Positions 26,416 to 39,973 of a DNA stretch of 64,000 nucleotides are shown here, piece by piece. This stretch comes from the human T2T-CHM13v2.0 reference genome, Homo sapiens, in NCBI RefSeq assembly GCF_009914755.1, contig NC_060944.1. One strand, given 5' to 3'. The stretch's first letter is position 1. Each line of letters starts with the position of its first letter. Made by a program: the position numbers and the translations under genes. A model generated the notes under the pieces. The model saw nothing but the letters and a program-made list of their open reading frames with translations. It did no database searches and was not told where the DNA came from.

Positions 26416-27869
26416 GTCCTCAGTTGAGTTTGAACCGTAAGGACCATCAATGACCACTGCACAGTTTCTGAGTGAGATTTGGACAAGTGTCTCGCTCTCT
26501 TTGTACCTCAGCTTTCTCCTCTTTACTTAATGTTGTGTCGGCTCTATGTCTGTTTCATAGCAGGTCAAGAGAGAAACTCTTGGTAACACCAGTGCTTAAC
26601 TTAGAGCACACTTGCTTTACTTAAATATATGTATTGCCATCTGCCAAACAAAATGACAACTTTTATCTCTGCTTGTTCACTTTGTGTCTTTGTCTAGATG
26701 CAAATATATACTTGAAATATCATTCGTGTTGCTAAATATCCACTTATTTAGCTCCTTCTTTTATAAGCATGCTTCTGTGTTCCCATTTTAGCTAGAAAAT
26801 TTTAACTGTAGTTGTTGCATAAAATTTCAGTGACTATATATATATATATATATACACTAATTTAAATTAACTGTATCTCTATTTTTGGATGGCTAGGTTG
26901 TTTGTAAGTTTTCTCACTACTATAATTCATTCTGGAATGTGTATTTTCAAACATATAGTTTTTCTATATTTAGGTATTTTACTGAGTACATTCCCAGTAT
27001 TGTTATTACTGAATTAAATGTATGAACTTTTTTTTTGTTTGTCTTGGCAATCAATTGCCAAGTTATTTTCTGAATAAGTGTTGCCAAAATATACTCTGCC
27101 AACCACTAATTAATGACAGTTTCATAGTCTCTGTGCCAGCATTCAAAATTAGCATTTTATTTTATATTTTTACTAACTGAATATACGTGTGGCATTTCAT
27201 AGTTGCTTTATTTACATTTTAAAGCGTACTTTATCAATTATATATATACACTCCTTGCATGCTATGTCAAATTCCCATGTGGTGGTATAACTACCAACTC
27301 GATAATACATAGATTCATCAACTCTGTTCATCAGAGTGACTTTATAGGGTTTATGTCAGGAATTGCCTCAGGTAAGGAGAATACCACTGTTGTTCTCTCT
27401 TTAGCCAGCTGTTTTCTGTTACAGGTCCTGAAGGCTGGGGCTGGCAAGATGCTGATGCAACCAGGGAAGTGGGGCAACAGACCTCTCTGCCACCCAGCCC
27501 AGAGCCTGGCTTAGGCCCCAGGAAATTTGCCTCCCACCTCTCTCTTCCTAGGCCCAGGTCCCAGCCTCTTTTCCTATTCAACATCTGCACCAACCCTCAC
27601 CTTGGTACAGGGAGCTTTCTACACGCTCATTTTCCTCATTAGTTGGTTAACAATTCATTAAATCAACAAATATTTATTGGGCACTTACCATGTGCAGGCA
27701 ATGTGCTGGGGCACAGGCTACAATAGAGAGGGAAAAAGCAGGTGATAAAACAGAGCTTGTCTCCCTGGATCTCATAACCCATCAGGAGATAAAGACGTGT
27801 ATTAGGTTGCCACACACAACTGTGTCAATCACTCTGCCTCAACCATCTAGGGACCTTCACCACGTGAAC

Positions 27870-29003
27870 TTCTTTCTGCCTCTGGGTGTTTGTGCATACT
27901 GCCCCCTGTGCCTGGAGTCCTCCCATAACTAACTCTGTCTGCTGTGCATGGAGTCCTCCCATAACTGGCTCTGTTCGCTGTGCCTGGAGTCCTCCCGTAA
28001 TTGGCTCTGCCACCTGTGCCCAGAGTCCTCCCATAACTGACTCTGTCTGCTGTGCCTGGAGTCCTCCCATAACTGGCTCTGTCCGCTGTTCCTGGAGTCC
28101 TCCCATAACTGACTCTGTCTGCTGTGCCTGGAGTCCTCCCATAACTGACTCTGTCTGCTGTGCCTGGAGTCCTCCCATGGCTAGCTCTGTCCTTTGCACT
28201 TGGAGTCCTCCCATAACTGGCTCTGCCCCCTGTGCCTGGAGTCCTCCATGGCTGGCTCTGTCCCCTGCGCCTGCAGTCCTCCCATAACTGGCTCTGTCTG
28301 CTGTGCTTGGAGTCCTCCCGTAACTGGCTCTGACCCTGCCCCTGGAGTCCTCTGTGGCTGGCTCTCCTCCCTCTTCCTGGAGTCCTCCCATGGCTGGCTC
28401 TGCCCCCTGAACCTGGAGTCCTCCCATGGCTGGCTCTGCCCCCTGTGTCTGGAGTCCTCTGTGGCTGGCTCTGCCCCCTGTGTCTGGAGTCTCTGTGTCT
28501 GGCTCTGCCTGCTGTGCCTGGAGTCCTCCCATGGCTGGCTCTGCCCCCTGAACCTGGAGTCCTCCCATGGCTGGTTCTGCCCCCTGTGTCTGGAGTCCTC
28601 TGTGGCTGGCTCTGCCCCCTGTGCCTGGAGTTCTCTGTGGCTGGCTCTGCCCCCTGTGCCTGGAGTCCTTCCTTGGCTGCCTCTCTCACTCCTTCCAACT
28701 CTGCTCAAACATCAATTTTTTAGGGGATACATCTCTGAGAATGGTGCACACAATACTACTGGGCTCTTCTTCCCACCAGTGCTACCTTTCCCAGCCTCAT
28801 TTTCCTCCGTAGCACTTCTCACCATCCAATATACTAATGAAGACTTGTGTTTGCTTATTGGCTCTTCCCTTCACTGAATGTAAGATCCATGAGGGCAGGA
28901 GCTCTGTGTGTTTTTTTTTTTCATTGCTATGAACAGTGCCTGGCATAGAGGAACCTCCTAATAAATGTCTCCTAATAAATAAAACTGAACACGTGAATGA
29001 ATG
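27870..29003 (+). mobile_element. L2a 3' end hosting the minisatellite
   Basis: CTCACTCCTTCC...CTGCTCAAAC...TAGCACTTCTCACCATC...GAATGTAAGATCCATGAGGGCAGG...CAGTGCCTGGCATAG...TGAATGAATG. Confidence 0.8.
27899..28679. repeat. Minisatellite/VNTR, 22 units of 34-36 bp
   Basis: Consensus CCTGGAGTCCTCCCAT(AA/GG)CTGGCTCTG(TCTG/CCCC)CTGTG; GGAGT core (AGAGT variant at 28022) recurs every 36 bp from 27914 to 28238. Confidence 0.97.
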
Positions 29004-30369
29004 GGTTTTATTCTGATTCCCACATAGGTAGGGGGCCCCTGGAGAATTTGTATGGACATTTGTTGGCTGCAGTGGGTGCAATGGGAAGATGAGTGGTGGA
29101 CAGGGACTAGGGGTGGGAGGATCAGTCTTTTCTAGGGCCCTGGGCACACTCCTAGTCCTTGCAATAGGACTGGCAAGAGCATCTCAGAACTAAGGCTTTG
29201 GGTCCTCCTGGAGGGAAACCCTGGGCTCCTCTGGCAGTGGTTCTGCCCCTTCACCAGACAGGCAGGGACTGCCATTGATTTCTGGAGATGCTGAAAGATT
29301 CCTCCTGCAGCCAGAAGCAGAGTCAGCCAGGAAGGCTGCGATTTCCAGTCTGTACAATTAACATTATTATGGAGGTGTAATCTCTCTAATTGGTTTATTT
29401 CATCAAGATTTGATTGAAGGCTTCTCTTATCTGCCACTGCAGCCTCCCTCTACCTAAGGCTCACGAATAATAGGAAGCAAAATGTATGCCTGACTCGGCC
29501 TCCTCCTAAAGAGACCAGCCCGTAAATAAAACATCTGGGTCTCCTGGGGAGGCGACGGCATGAAGGGCTGTGAGCGGGAACCCACTGATTGATGGAGACA
29601 GGAGAGTGTTTTCTTAAGTGAGGCAGGGAGTGATTTCTCCTCTGGACCTGGGCCCCAGAGCTGGGTTTCTCTGCAAGAGCAGCCAGCCTGGAAATGGCGC
29701 TGGCAATGGAGGAAGGAGGGTGGCAGGGGGATGGCTGAAGCCCCGGCACACTGGCTTGGCCTTTTGTTTTTTTCTTTTTCCTAACCAGACTTCTCTGAGA
29801 AGAAGGAAGAATAACTTATGCCTCCACAGGTCTTTCCCTGACAGGTGCTAACAGGTCTTCATGTTGTCATGTAATTAACCAACAAGTCAATGATTTTTCA
29901 GCAACACCCAGAGAGAATGAGTTTATGCCCAGTTCTGTCCCTAACTTGACCAGGCTTTAGCTCCTTGTCTATGTAATGAAGATTGAACATAATATCAGAG
30001 GGCACTTGCTCTCTCCAGCAGCAAATATTGTTGATCGATCATAGCTGCAGACCCAAAAGGGAGCCTTTCCATGCCCAGAGAGCCATCTTTAGTAGACGAA
30101 GATTGGTACAGGAGAATTGGAACCTCTTCCTCCTCCCTGGAACCCCCAAGAAAACTCTCTCCCTCTTAGACGTAAGAGAATGATTTTGAAACCTCAGTCT
30201 GATTCCAACACAGTCACCACAGCTGAGAGTTTTGAAGGAAGTCTTTTTCAGAATAGCATTCCCTTCATGATATGCAGAGGTGGTTTGAGTTTTAGGAAAT
30301 GCCTAATGATAGCACAGGACAGAATTCTAAAGGCACCAGCAAGCAGCAAGCCTATCAGAAATAGTTGAA

Positions 30370-30558
30370 GCCAGGCATGGTGGTAGGTGCCTGCAGTCCC
30401 AGCTACTCAGAAGACTGAGGTGAGAGGATTGCTTGAGGCTAGGAGTTCAAGACTACAGTGCATTTCTGATTGCATCTGAAAATAGCCACTGTACCCCAGC
30501 CTGGGCAACACAGCAAGACCCTGTCTCTTAAGATAAAAGCAAACAAACAAAAAACAAC
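30370..30558 (+). mobile_element. FAM (fossil Alu monomer)
   Basis: Monomer with the FAM-type segment ...TGCATCTGAAAATAGCCACTGTACCCCAGCC and an A/AAAC tail. Confidence 0.85.
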
Positions 30559-30569
30559 CAATGTTGAGG

Positions 30570-30980
30570 TTACACATTCCCATCAACAGCAAAGCAGATA
30601 AATATTACTATTTATTTGGTTGTGTTCTATTTACACAATGAAATACTATACAACAATGAGAACGCACAGTCTACAACCACATCCATACATGAGGGATCTG
30701 ATGATGGGAATAGTGTTAAAAGAAAGAAAACAGACACAGAAGAGAGTATGGTGTGTGATTCCCTTTATATGAAACGCAACAGGTAGACCAGTCCCCGGTA
30801 TTAGACATCAGCATGATGTTTGCCCTGGGCGAGGCAGTGACTGGAAGGGTATGTGAGGAAGGCTTCGGGGAGGTGATAATGTTTATTGTTGTTGGCTGTG
30901 TTGGTTTTGGGGAAACATTCAGTTTGGGAAGAGTCATTAAGCTGTGCACTTGTGATAAGAGTGCTCCCATAAAAGGTTTT
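30570..30980 (+). mobile_element. L1ME-like 3' UTR fragment
   Basis: CACAATGAAATACTATACAACAATGAG...GATTCCCTTTATATGAA...CATTAAGCTGTGCACTT. Confidence 0.7.
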
Positions 30981-32934
30981 ATAAGATTTGGGGGCTGGAA
31001 AGATATATCTGTCAGTGAGATTTCTCGCCATCCCAGTTCCCTGTCCCTGCTTTCCTTGGCTTGCGCCCTTGCCCTCTTGGCTTGTCGCATCTCCCTGTGA
31101 CCTTCCCATGGGCATTCCTCATGGTGAGAAGTAGTGTGGCAGAGTGGGGAAAGACTTGGAAGAGGTGCCACAACACCTGGCTTTGATGCCAGGTTTTACC
31201 ACATGTGAAGCTCGAGGCAGGCCTCATGCCATCTGTTAAGCTCCAGTTTCCTAGCCTGGTCCTGAAAAGCGGGCTTAGTCTGTCCTCTCTCTATACGTGC
31301 TTGGGTGCCCTTCCTCTCACCTCGGTCCTCTAGGTAGCTTTATTGCACCATAGAATAGAGACGTGGGGACTGTGAGCTTGTGGCATCAGGCAGACCTGTG
31401 CATAACAAAGCCTTGGGCAGTGATTCTAGATTTCTCTATTCTCTAAGGGAGGCTGACTATTATATAAAGTCATAGCAGGCCCAGCGTCCCTTATTCAAAT
31501 CTCCAAACAAATGAGACAATTAACTTGGGGAAGTCTCCTAAGCCAGAGCTTCCCGGACAAAACAAGACTATGATTAACAAGTGACAAGGATAGACATCTT
31601 ACAAACATGAAGCTGGCATTCTCAAAACTTTGGGGGAAATGTGTGCTCTTGAAAAACTCATTGGTACCTTCCATATTATAAATCTGTTTAAAGTGTGCTT
31701 GATAGAATTTGTTTTTTTTAAAGAACAGTTGAAAGTGAGGGGAAAAAAAAAAGCTTGGTCCCTGAAACCCAATGGGTTAATTCTCCCCTGTGGCAGAGGA
31801 AATGCCAAGCAGCCTTTGGCAGCGTTCTTCCTTCTTTGTATAACAACACTTTCAAGAGCTAGAGCTGGGATCATCCAGTAATGCTTTTAATTTGTGTGTG
31901 GTTGCGAAGAGGCCAGGATTTAATCGAAATTGTTAGAATGGCTTTGCTTGGAGTAGCTGAGTGCTTGCAGTAGGGCTAGGAGGCAAGGTAGCGCTGGAAT
32001 AATTAAAAGAAATACCTAAGGCATCATCATTGCCTGAGTTATTCCAGATACCAGGCTGCAGAGTAAAAATAGTGAAATAAAATTTGTGCACAGTTACTTT
32101 TCTATTATACCTCAATTTTCTCTCTTCCCATTCACCTAATAAAAGGAGCTAGGTCTCCATGTTTGCTTAACGGGGTGGAGGCTAAGCCCTGGGAACTGGC
32201 TGTTTCTCAGCCAGCCCAGGTGCTCCAAGTTCCTATTTTTATCCTGCTCTGTACTGTGGGTGGTCTGAACTGGCTTACCCTCCTGAATTACATGTAGTAC
32301 ACAGCTGTGCTGAGAACATTTTTCTTGTCGTACCTTCCCTAGGTAATGGGACAGCAAGAGCTCCAAATCTTACCCTCCTGAGTGTCATCCTTAAACAACA
32401 TGTGAAAAAAAAAATAGTCACAGGAATTGGGGTTTCCATACTTGTCCTCATTTCTATCCTCTTTCTAAAGAGAACCTGTGCCCCCAAGTCCCCAGACAAC
32501 ATATGGTCAAGATTAGGAATCATGTCCCCAAAAGACTAAATAATTCAAGAAAAAACTGAGCACATCTGTGAAGCAGAGATATTCACCTGACTTATTTATA
32601 TGTTATAAACACTTAAGTGTACCACAGGGGACCAAGCATATGCCAGGCAAGTCAGTCACTCAATCAACAAGGGTTCATTTACCTCTACAAACCATTCAGT
32701 TTTTCTTTTCCCCAATACTGCAAGGCCCTGTGCTAAGTTCTAAGGTAAAGAAGAGAGAAAGAGGTGAGCCTTCTATTCTGAAGCCCTGCTAAAAAGTGAG
32801 GTATCACACGTGGAAAGGTTTGAGGTAGATGTTTATTCAATGTGTTTGGGCCAATAGGGCACTTCTTTCGCCGTGTGGCAATGTGTTTCAGCACCTCTGG
32901 CATCAAGGGTGAAGGCCTTAGCAGTTACCCACAG

Positions 32935-33090
32935 TGAAACAACCTTTGCAAAAATTGTAACAGTGAGAAAATTATGACCGTGAAAGAGACCCGATCCAAC
33001 CAATCCCCATCTTGCTTTTAATCTCCAAACTGCCTTTGGTCATTCCAGGGCTTGGGCCAGGCTAACTTTGGGAGAAATTTGATTCATAGT
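32935..33090 (+). mobile_element. LTR8A-like 5' fragment (ERV1)
   Basis: TGAAACAACCTTTGCAAAAATTGTAACAGTGAGAAAATTATGAC...GCTAACTTTGGGAG. Confidence 0.85.
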
Positions 33091-33423
<333 letters not shown>

Positions 33424-34352
33424 TGAAGAAGCAGTGAGGATGGACCCCCGGTCTCCGAGTGTGAGTGCAGCAGGCCTAAGCAGCCATGGGGATAAGTGGG
33501 CACAGTGTGTCCCCTGAACAGCCCACTGTCCTGGAGGGAGCACTGTCACAGAGTCATTGGTCTTATTTAGCCTGGCCCAGAGGATGACCAAATGTGCAGC
33601 ACTCTGGCTGGAACCTGGTGTCACAATTCTTTCATCTGTTCCCACTCCCTACCTCTTGCCCTCGCCATTTCTCTCTCTTACCTCAGAAAAGCTGGAAACC
33701 AGCCCTTCTGCTTCCAGAACGATCTTTTAGTATCTGTTCTGCTGTGCTATGAATTACATTCTCAGTGCCTAGTCCCCATTTCTCCCAGGTACTTCTGGCA
33801 AACTCATTTCCTAAATGCCATTTTCGTTTTGGTCATTCCCTTTGCAAAATCTCCCGTGGCTCCTTCATGCTTACAGGTGGAGAGATGAACTCCCTTGCCT
33901 GGTATTCAAGGATCTCTACCATCTGGCTCTACCTGGTTAACCTCATCAAATTCTGGAAAGACACATCTATCCGACCTCAGTGATCTGGATTCCTTGGCAT
34001 CTCTAGGCACTGCATGCTCATTTTCTCTTTTCAACTTTTGTTTATATTGCCTCATTATCTTGAATTCCTCTTTGCTCTTATTTTCTATCCATATCCCATA
34101 CATGTGCCAAATTCCAGGACGGATTTCTGTAATAGGAGAGAATAGAAGAAAGGTGTATTCATAAATTGTCCTAGGGCAAATCTTGAATTAATTTAGATAG
34201 AGAGATTATTAAATAAAATCAAGTAATAATATAATATTAAAATACAACTAAACTATTTCATCACATCGTACATCTAAATAAATTCCAGGTATATTAAAAT
34301 ATTATATTTTACAATAAAAACACAAAAGTTGCAAATAAAATATAGATAAAAC

Positions 34353-34628
34353 TTTTTTATATCTTATTTTATTTAGAGACAGGGTCTTGCTCTGTCACCC
34401 ACGCTGTGGCATGATCATAGCTCGCTGCAGCCTCCAACTCCTAGGCTCAAACAATCCCCCACCTCAGGTGTGTACCACCAGGCCTGGCTATTTTTGTTAG
34501 TTAGTTTTTGTAGAGACAGTCTCACTGTGTTGCCCAGGCTGGCTTTTAACTCCTGGCCTCAAGCAATCCTCCCACTTTGGCCTCCCAAAGTGCTGGGATT
34601 ACAGATGTGTGGGTCACCATCCCCAGCC
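34353..34628 (-). mobile_element. AluJ with two internal deletions
   Basis: GAGACAGGGTCTTGCTCTG...GATCATAGCTCGCTGCAGCC...CCTCCCAAAGTGCTGGGATTACAG. Confidence 0.92.
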
Positions 34629-34673
34629 CATAAATGTTTTGGAAGTCCCTAAAAAGAAATAGAATTTCTAAAA

Positions 34674-34980
<307 letters not shown>

Positions 34981-34989
34981 TTAGCAGAG

Positions 34990-35830
34990 TGACAATAGAT
35001 AAGCAAAGTCAAGTGGAAAACTGCAAATTGGGTAACTGTTCACACTAAACAAGGCAAGTATCTCATCTTTTGTAGATACCCATAAGAAAACATTAAAGTG
35101 TAATTAAAAACTGAACAGAGAACATTAACAAACATTCTACTGCAGATAAAATATAATTAGACAAAGGAAAATAATGCAAGTTAAAGCAGTAGATTCTTTT
35201 TTATACATACCAGATTGGCAAAGTAAAATAATAATAGTGATAACAACAATAATTTATGGCAAAAGTGCACTGACGTGGATAAAGCACATATTATCGGTGA
35301 GTAAAACATCTGAGAAATCAACTCGACATTTTTCAAGAACCTGAAAAATGATTACACAATTTTATGATAAGTCCATCTATGGATAGGTATTCTAAACTAT
35401 GTTTATACTAGTGAATATTTGAAAACAGACTAACTCTCTCACAAAAGGAGAATGATTAAATAAATATATGTAAGAGGCAAAATTTGATTCAGTTATTAGC
35501 ATACTAGTCTCTAGGAATTTTTGATAGCAGGAAAATTAGTCCAGATTTAATATAAGACAAAAAATGGAATAGAAACATCTATGTAAAAACAAACAAAAAG
35601 AAATGTCTACATAGCTCATTATCTCAAATACGCAAAAATAGACATGCACACATGTGCATGCACACACACACTCAAATAATATATACTAAAAGGAAATCCA
35701 CCAAAATGAATTATTAGCTATTCTGTGTGTAGAATCATGAGCTATTTTCATTTTATTATTTATAATTTTTTTTGCAAATTTTACATCAGAAATCTCTATT
35801 ACTTTAGAATCAGAGGTAAATGAAATGAAT
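34990..35830 (+). mobile_element. Old L1 (L1M) fragments
   Basis: A-rich; AATGCAAGTTAAAGCA...ACCAGATTGGCAAA; heavily diverged. Confidence 0.5.
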
Positions 35831-36937
35831 ACTTTAAAATTTCCAATTAATTTCAGCCACAAAGATGTCAGCATTCTTTAAAGTCCTGTATCGCATACAT
35901 CCTCTGTACATCTTCCATCTATGCAAGTGTTTATTCTGCCAGTTCTTCAATATCCACTAGTCTTTCTTCTCCATACTAAACAGTAGTTTATTGTAAGTAT
36001 TGGAAGGAAGAGATCATGTCAGGGGTCCAGTTCACTAATCTTTCCAAGGCCCCATTCCCTTCAGGGAATATTGATGGAGAACTGATAGGGCTGTTTAACA
36101 ATTAAGTGACACAATTAATATAAAGTACTGTTGACAATGCCTGGCACATAGCAAGCACTCAGGTGAAGACCAAGGCGTTAGGGTCAGGTTGACATGGGTT
36201 CAAGCCTGGACTCTGAGATTTATTAGTGACAAGATTTTGAAAAAGCTCCTTGGCCTCGCTGAGCCACACTTTTATTGTTAAGTGAGAATCACAGCAGCTA
36301 TTGTTAGCAAGCTGCTGTGATGTGGCATGTCAGGTGCTTTTAGCCTAGTGATTGGCTGCAGGAAGCACTTGATGAACAGCTGCTGCGGTGATTCCTCCCA
36401 GGAGCAGTGGTGATAGTAGCAGTACTTCCAGTAGTGATTTTTCTTCCCCTGCTTTCCTTGTCACTCCATTTTAGTGGTAAACTTTTTGAGTGCTGAGGTT
36501 CTTTGTTAGATCTCATGCTCTGTCCCTTTCTCAGACGGGCATTCAGTCTGGCATCTTTCATTTAGGGGATGAAACATGACAAATTATTTCTCAGTAGCCG
36601 AGACGAACCAGCTTTTTGTTGGTAATTCAGGGGCTTCTGAGGGAACAGCTAGTGGGTGTGTGGTTTCCATGAGTCCTCTGAATTCGATGAGAGTGGCCAA
36701 TGTGTGGCAGCAATGAGTCAAGACACCTGTGCACCTAGCGTAGAGAACAGGTATTTTGCTGGATTTGATTGAAGATATTCTTCCATGGCACCTTATGTTT
36801 ATATTTTCTATATCGATTATTAATGAAAGATAAAGATCTGTTGACTTGTCTGCATTCCATGATAGACTGTAAGCTTCAGGAGGGAAAGGATCATGTTTCT
36901 TTTTTTACTCATCCAACAAATGTTTTGGTTGAACATT

Positions 36938-37090
36938 TCTCTCTCTCTCTCTCTCTCTCTCCCCACCTGTCTGTCTCTATCTCTGTCTCTCTATCTCTCA
37001 CTCCATCTCTATGTATGTATGTATGTATGTATCTATCTATCTATCTATCTACGTCTATTTCTCTCTCTCTACCTACCTATCTCTATCTAT
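36938..37090. repeat. Compound (TC)n/(TATG)n/(TATC)n microsatellite within L2 sequence
   Basis: Read directly. Confidence 0.9.
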
Positions 37091-37877
37091 GCCAGACACT
37101 TTGCAAGTTGTTGAATATTCAGTGGTGTACAAAATAATCATGACTTTGCATTCACAAACTCTAGTGGAGAAGAGGGCTATTTCATAAATAAATACACAAA
37201 TAAGAATATAATTACAACTGGTGATGATTCTTTTTTATGAAGGACAAGAACATGAGCTCCATGAGAGAGAATAGAATTGTGGTGGTGAGAGATTGACCTA
37301 ATTTAGACAGAGGGGGTCAGGGAAGGCCTGTTGGAAGATGTGGTACTTGAGATTGAGGATGAGTAGTTCTGTCTAGAAGGGAGTGGCTTATTCAGTGCTG
37401 CATCTTTGGTTACTACCAATAGCACTATTCAAGAGGATACAACCCTAGGTCCCTTAAGAAAAAAAATTTTTTTAAGTGACTCTTTGGGTAGAAAGTCAGA
37501 GAATGAGCTGGGGAAAAAGCACACTGGCCCAAGAAAGAGAAAACTTGGCAAGTCTGCCTGAAGACTGAAGGAGACATGGGAAGAAGAAAGAAGTGTTTAA
37601 GACATAGACTGAGTCCCTGGGAAGCACTACAAGTCAGGAACTGCTCATGGTGGCTTGTTTTTGAAAACAGACCCCACACAAAGCTCTGCTGATTGATGGT
37701 TTGTTTCAGAATGGTGACACATCCAGAAAACAACACAGACACAATATTTCAAAGTAGAAAAGAAAAATATGTCTGATATCCAGAAATAATTACCAACCAA
37801 TTGAAATCTATTCTACAGTTGCCCCCAAATGCCAATGGAAACAACATTACATGACTCACAAATTCTTTTCTGTCCGC

Positions 37878-38283
37878 TGTCTTAGCCAGCTTGGGCTGCC
37901 ATAACAAAATACTATAGACTGAGTGGCTTATACAACAGAAATTAATTTTCTCACAATTCTGGAGGCTAGAAGTCCAAGATCAAGGTTCTTGCTGATTCAT
38001 TTCCTGCTGAGGCCTCTCTTCCTGGCTTTCAGACAGCTACCTTCTTGCTATGTTCTCATATGATTTTCCCTTGGTTTGTATGCAAGGAAAGGGAGGGAGA
38101 GAGTGAGAAAGTGAGTTCTCTGGAGTCTCTTCTTATAAGGACACTAATCTTATGGAATTAGGGCCTCTCTCTTATGACTCCATTTAACCTTAATTACTTC
38201 ATTAGTGGGTCTGTCTTTACATACAACCATATAAAGGCTTCAGCATATAAATTTTGGAAGGGGTACAAGCATTCACTCCTTAG
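37878..38283 (-). mobile_element. MLT1A0/MLT1B-like LTR
   Basis: TGTCTTAG...GGGCTGCCATAACAAAATAC...GGAGGCTAGAAGTCCAAGATCAAGG...CTTCTTATAAGGACACTAAT. Confidence 0.87.
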
Positions 38284-39519
38284 GATCTATTTATGTTCTG
38301 AAGGTCCCACTAATCACTGCAAAGTAGCTGGGTCCAGTAAACATGTTTTCTGCCTCTTCATGTCTCTCCTTTTCTCAAAACTCAAAATGACCTCAAGTCT
38401 TCCCACATCTCAAACCCCATCTAGCCTTAATCCTGTGACCCGTGATCTGTTCCACTCTTTCTAATGTAGGTGTAGCTGGCTTCTCTAGACTTCTCCTTCA
38501 GTTCTCCTTTCTGCCTATTGATCATCATAAACATCAAAAAGCCAGGTGTGGTGGTTGCCTATGTCACAAAGGGCATTCTCCTTCAGCAAGCAGGACTGGG
38601 GAGTGGCTCAGGATGACTCACATTTTAGTATTTTTCTTTCCATGCTCTTGGTTTGCCATGCCCCCTTTGTCTCCACATCACTTGTCTTACTTGCCCCTGA
38701 TAGTATTTGAGTGGCACAGACAAAAAGGGAACTGCCACCACCATCAGGTCTCAAGAGCACATTTAGCACCTGCAGAGCTCCGTATGTGCAAACCAATGGC
38801 CCAGCACTGACATTTTTGGCTCCCGCTAATTAGCTATTTCCCCTTCCAGGATGGGTACTGCCCTCTGTTTTGCCCAAAGTAAATGAATTAAGTTGTTTCC
38901 ATACTTGAGGCCAACCCTTTTGTCAGCAGCAGCAACTTAATTACTCTCCCCCTATGAGGCAGAGCTGGAGCTGGTTCAAGTGTTCCACCAATGGCCAGCA
39001 GGAGAAAAAAAAAATCATTAGAAAATCAATTCTTATTTAATTGAAGATTTTTCCTCCGAATGGAAATAAAGTGGGATTTATCACTGCAGTAGCCTCACAG
39101 CCTGGGTAATGACTGCACTTTTGCCTTTCTGGGTTTCCCTTGGTAGATAAGATGTCTTCAGCACCCAGGCTCAGCAGCACCACACACGCTGACTTCTGAG
39201 GGTCTGAGAGAGCTAAGGAAAGCAACAGCCTGGATGATGAATCCACTCAGGATGTGGGCCAAAGCTGTACAACCAAAAGATGATGAGAAACAATGCTTAG
39301 AAGTAAGATCAATACAGGAGACTAGAACCCGTTGGTCTCTCTTCTTGCAAGAAATTTAAAATAGCATATTTTTTAGGGCTGCTTATTTCTCTTAAGGATC
39401 TGCTATTGCCTATAGCATTGAGACTCCCAGGAAGTGCTGAGTCATGGTCCCCAGCATTTGCTGGGACAAATATGAATTCCATCTAGTTATGGGCACCACA
39501 CTGGTACTTTGACACTCCA

Positions 39520-39750
39520 GGAATGGTGACCAGAATGATGACTCACCCAGAAACTACAGCATTGGAGGGAGAATTGAAAGCATTGAGAGCTTTTTGTTTT
39601 GAGAAATGAAAGTTCAGAGATGTGAGAGGTGTCTTCAAACCTGTGAATGGCATAGCCTTGCTTTGAGTTGCTGAAATGGGTAGAACTAGGGTACTCCTCA
39701 CAGGGAGGTGGACCATGATGTATTTAATGCAGGAGCTGTTAACAGAACTG
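39520..39750 (+). mobile_element. L3/CR1 fragment
   Basis: GTGACCAGAATGATG...GTCTTCAAA...GGGTAGAACTAGG...CAGGGAGG. Confidence 0.55.
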
Positions 39751-39846
39751 CTTAGAAAAGCTTAGGATTGTGTTTAGGGAAGCTGGATTTGAGGAAGTTA
39801 ATATTTCAAGGCCACAAATTCCTCCATTATTCCCCTCAAACAAGTG

Positions 39847-39864
39847 TCTATCTATTTGTCTATC

Positions 39865-39917
<53 letters not shown>

Positions 39918-39973
39918 CTATCATCTATCTATCTACCTATTGATCTATCATCTTATCTATCATCTATCTATCT
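39847..39973. repeat. GATA-type tetranucleotide STR with (ATCT)13 core at 39865-39916
   Basis: Counted directly. Confidence 0.95.

Noticed and set aside
27899-28679. CRISPR-like array (36-bp periodicity)
   Set aside because: The units are contiguous with no unique spacers, there are no cas genes, and the DNA is primate.
27825-28877. Long ORFs (133-283 aa) with 12-aa repeats
   Set aside because: They are open in several frames on both strands because the 36-bp unit largely lacks stops; they shift frame at 35-bp units and lie in an L2, with no gene context.
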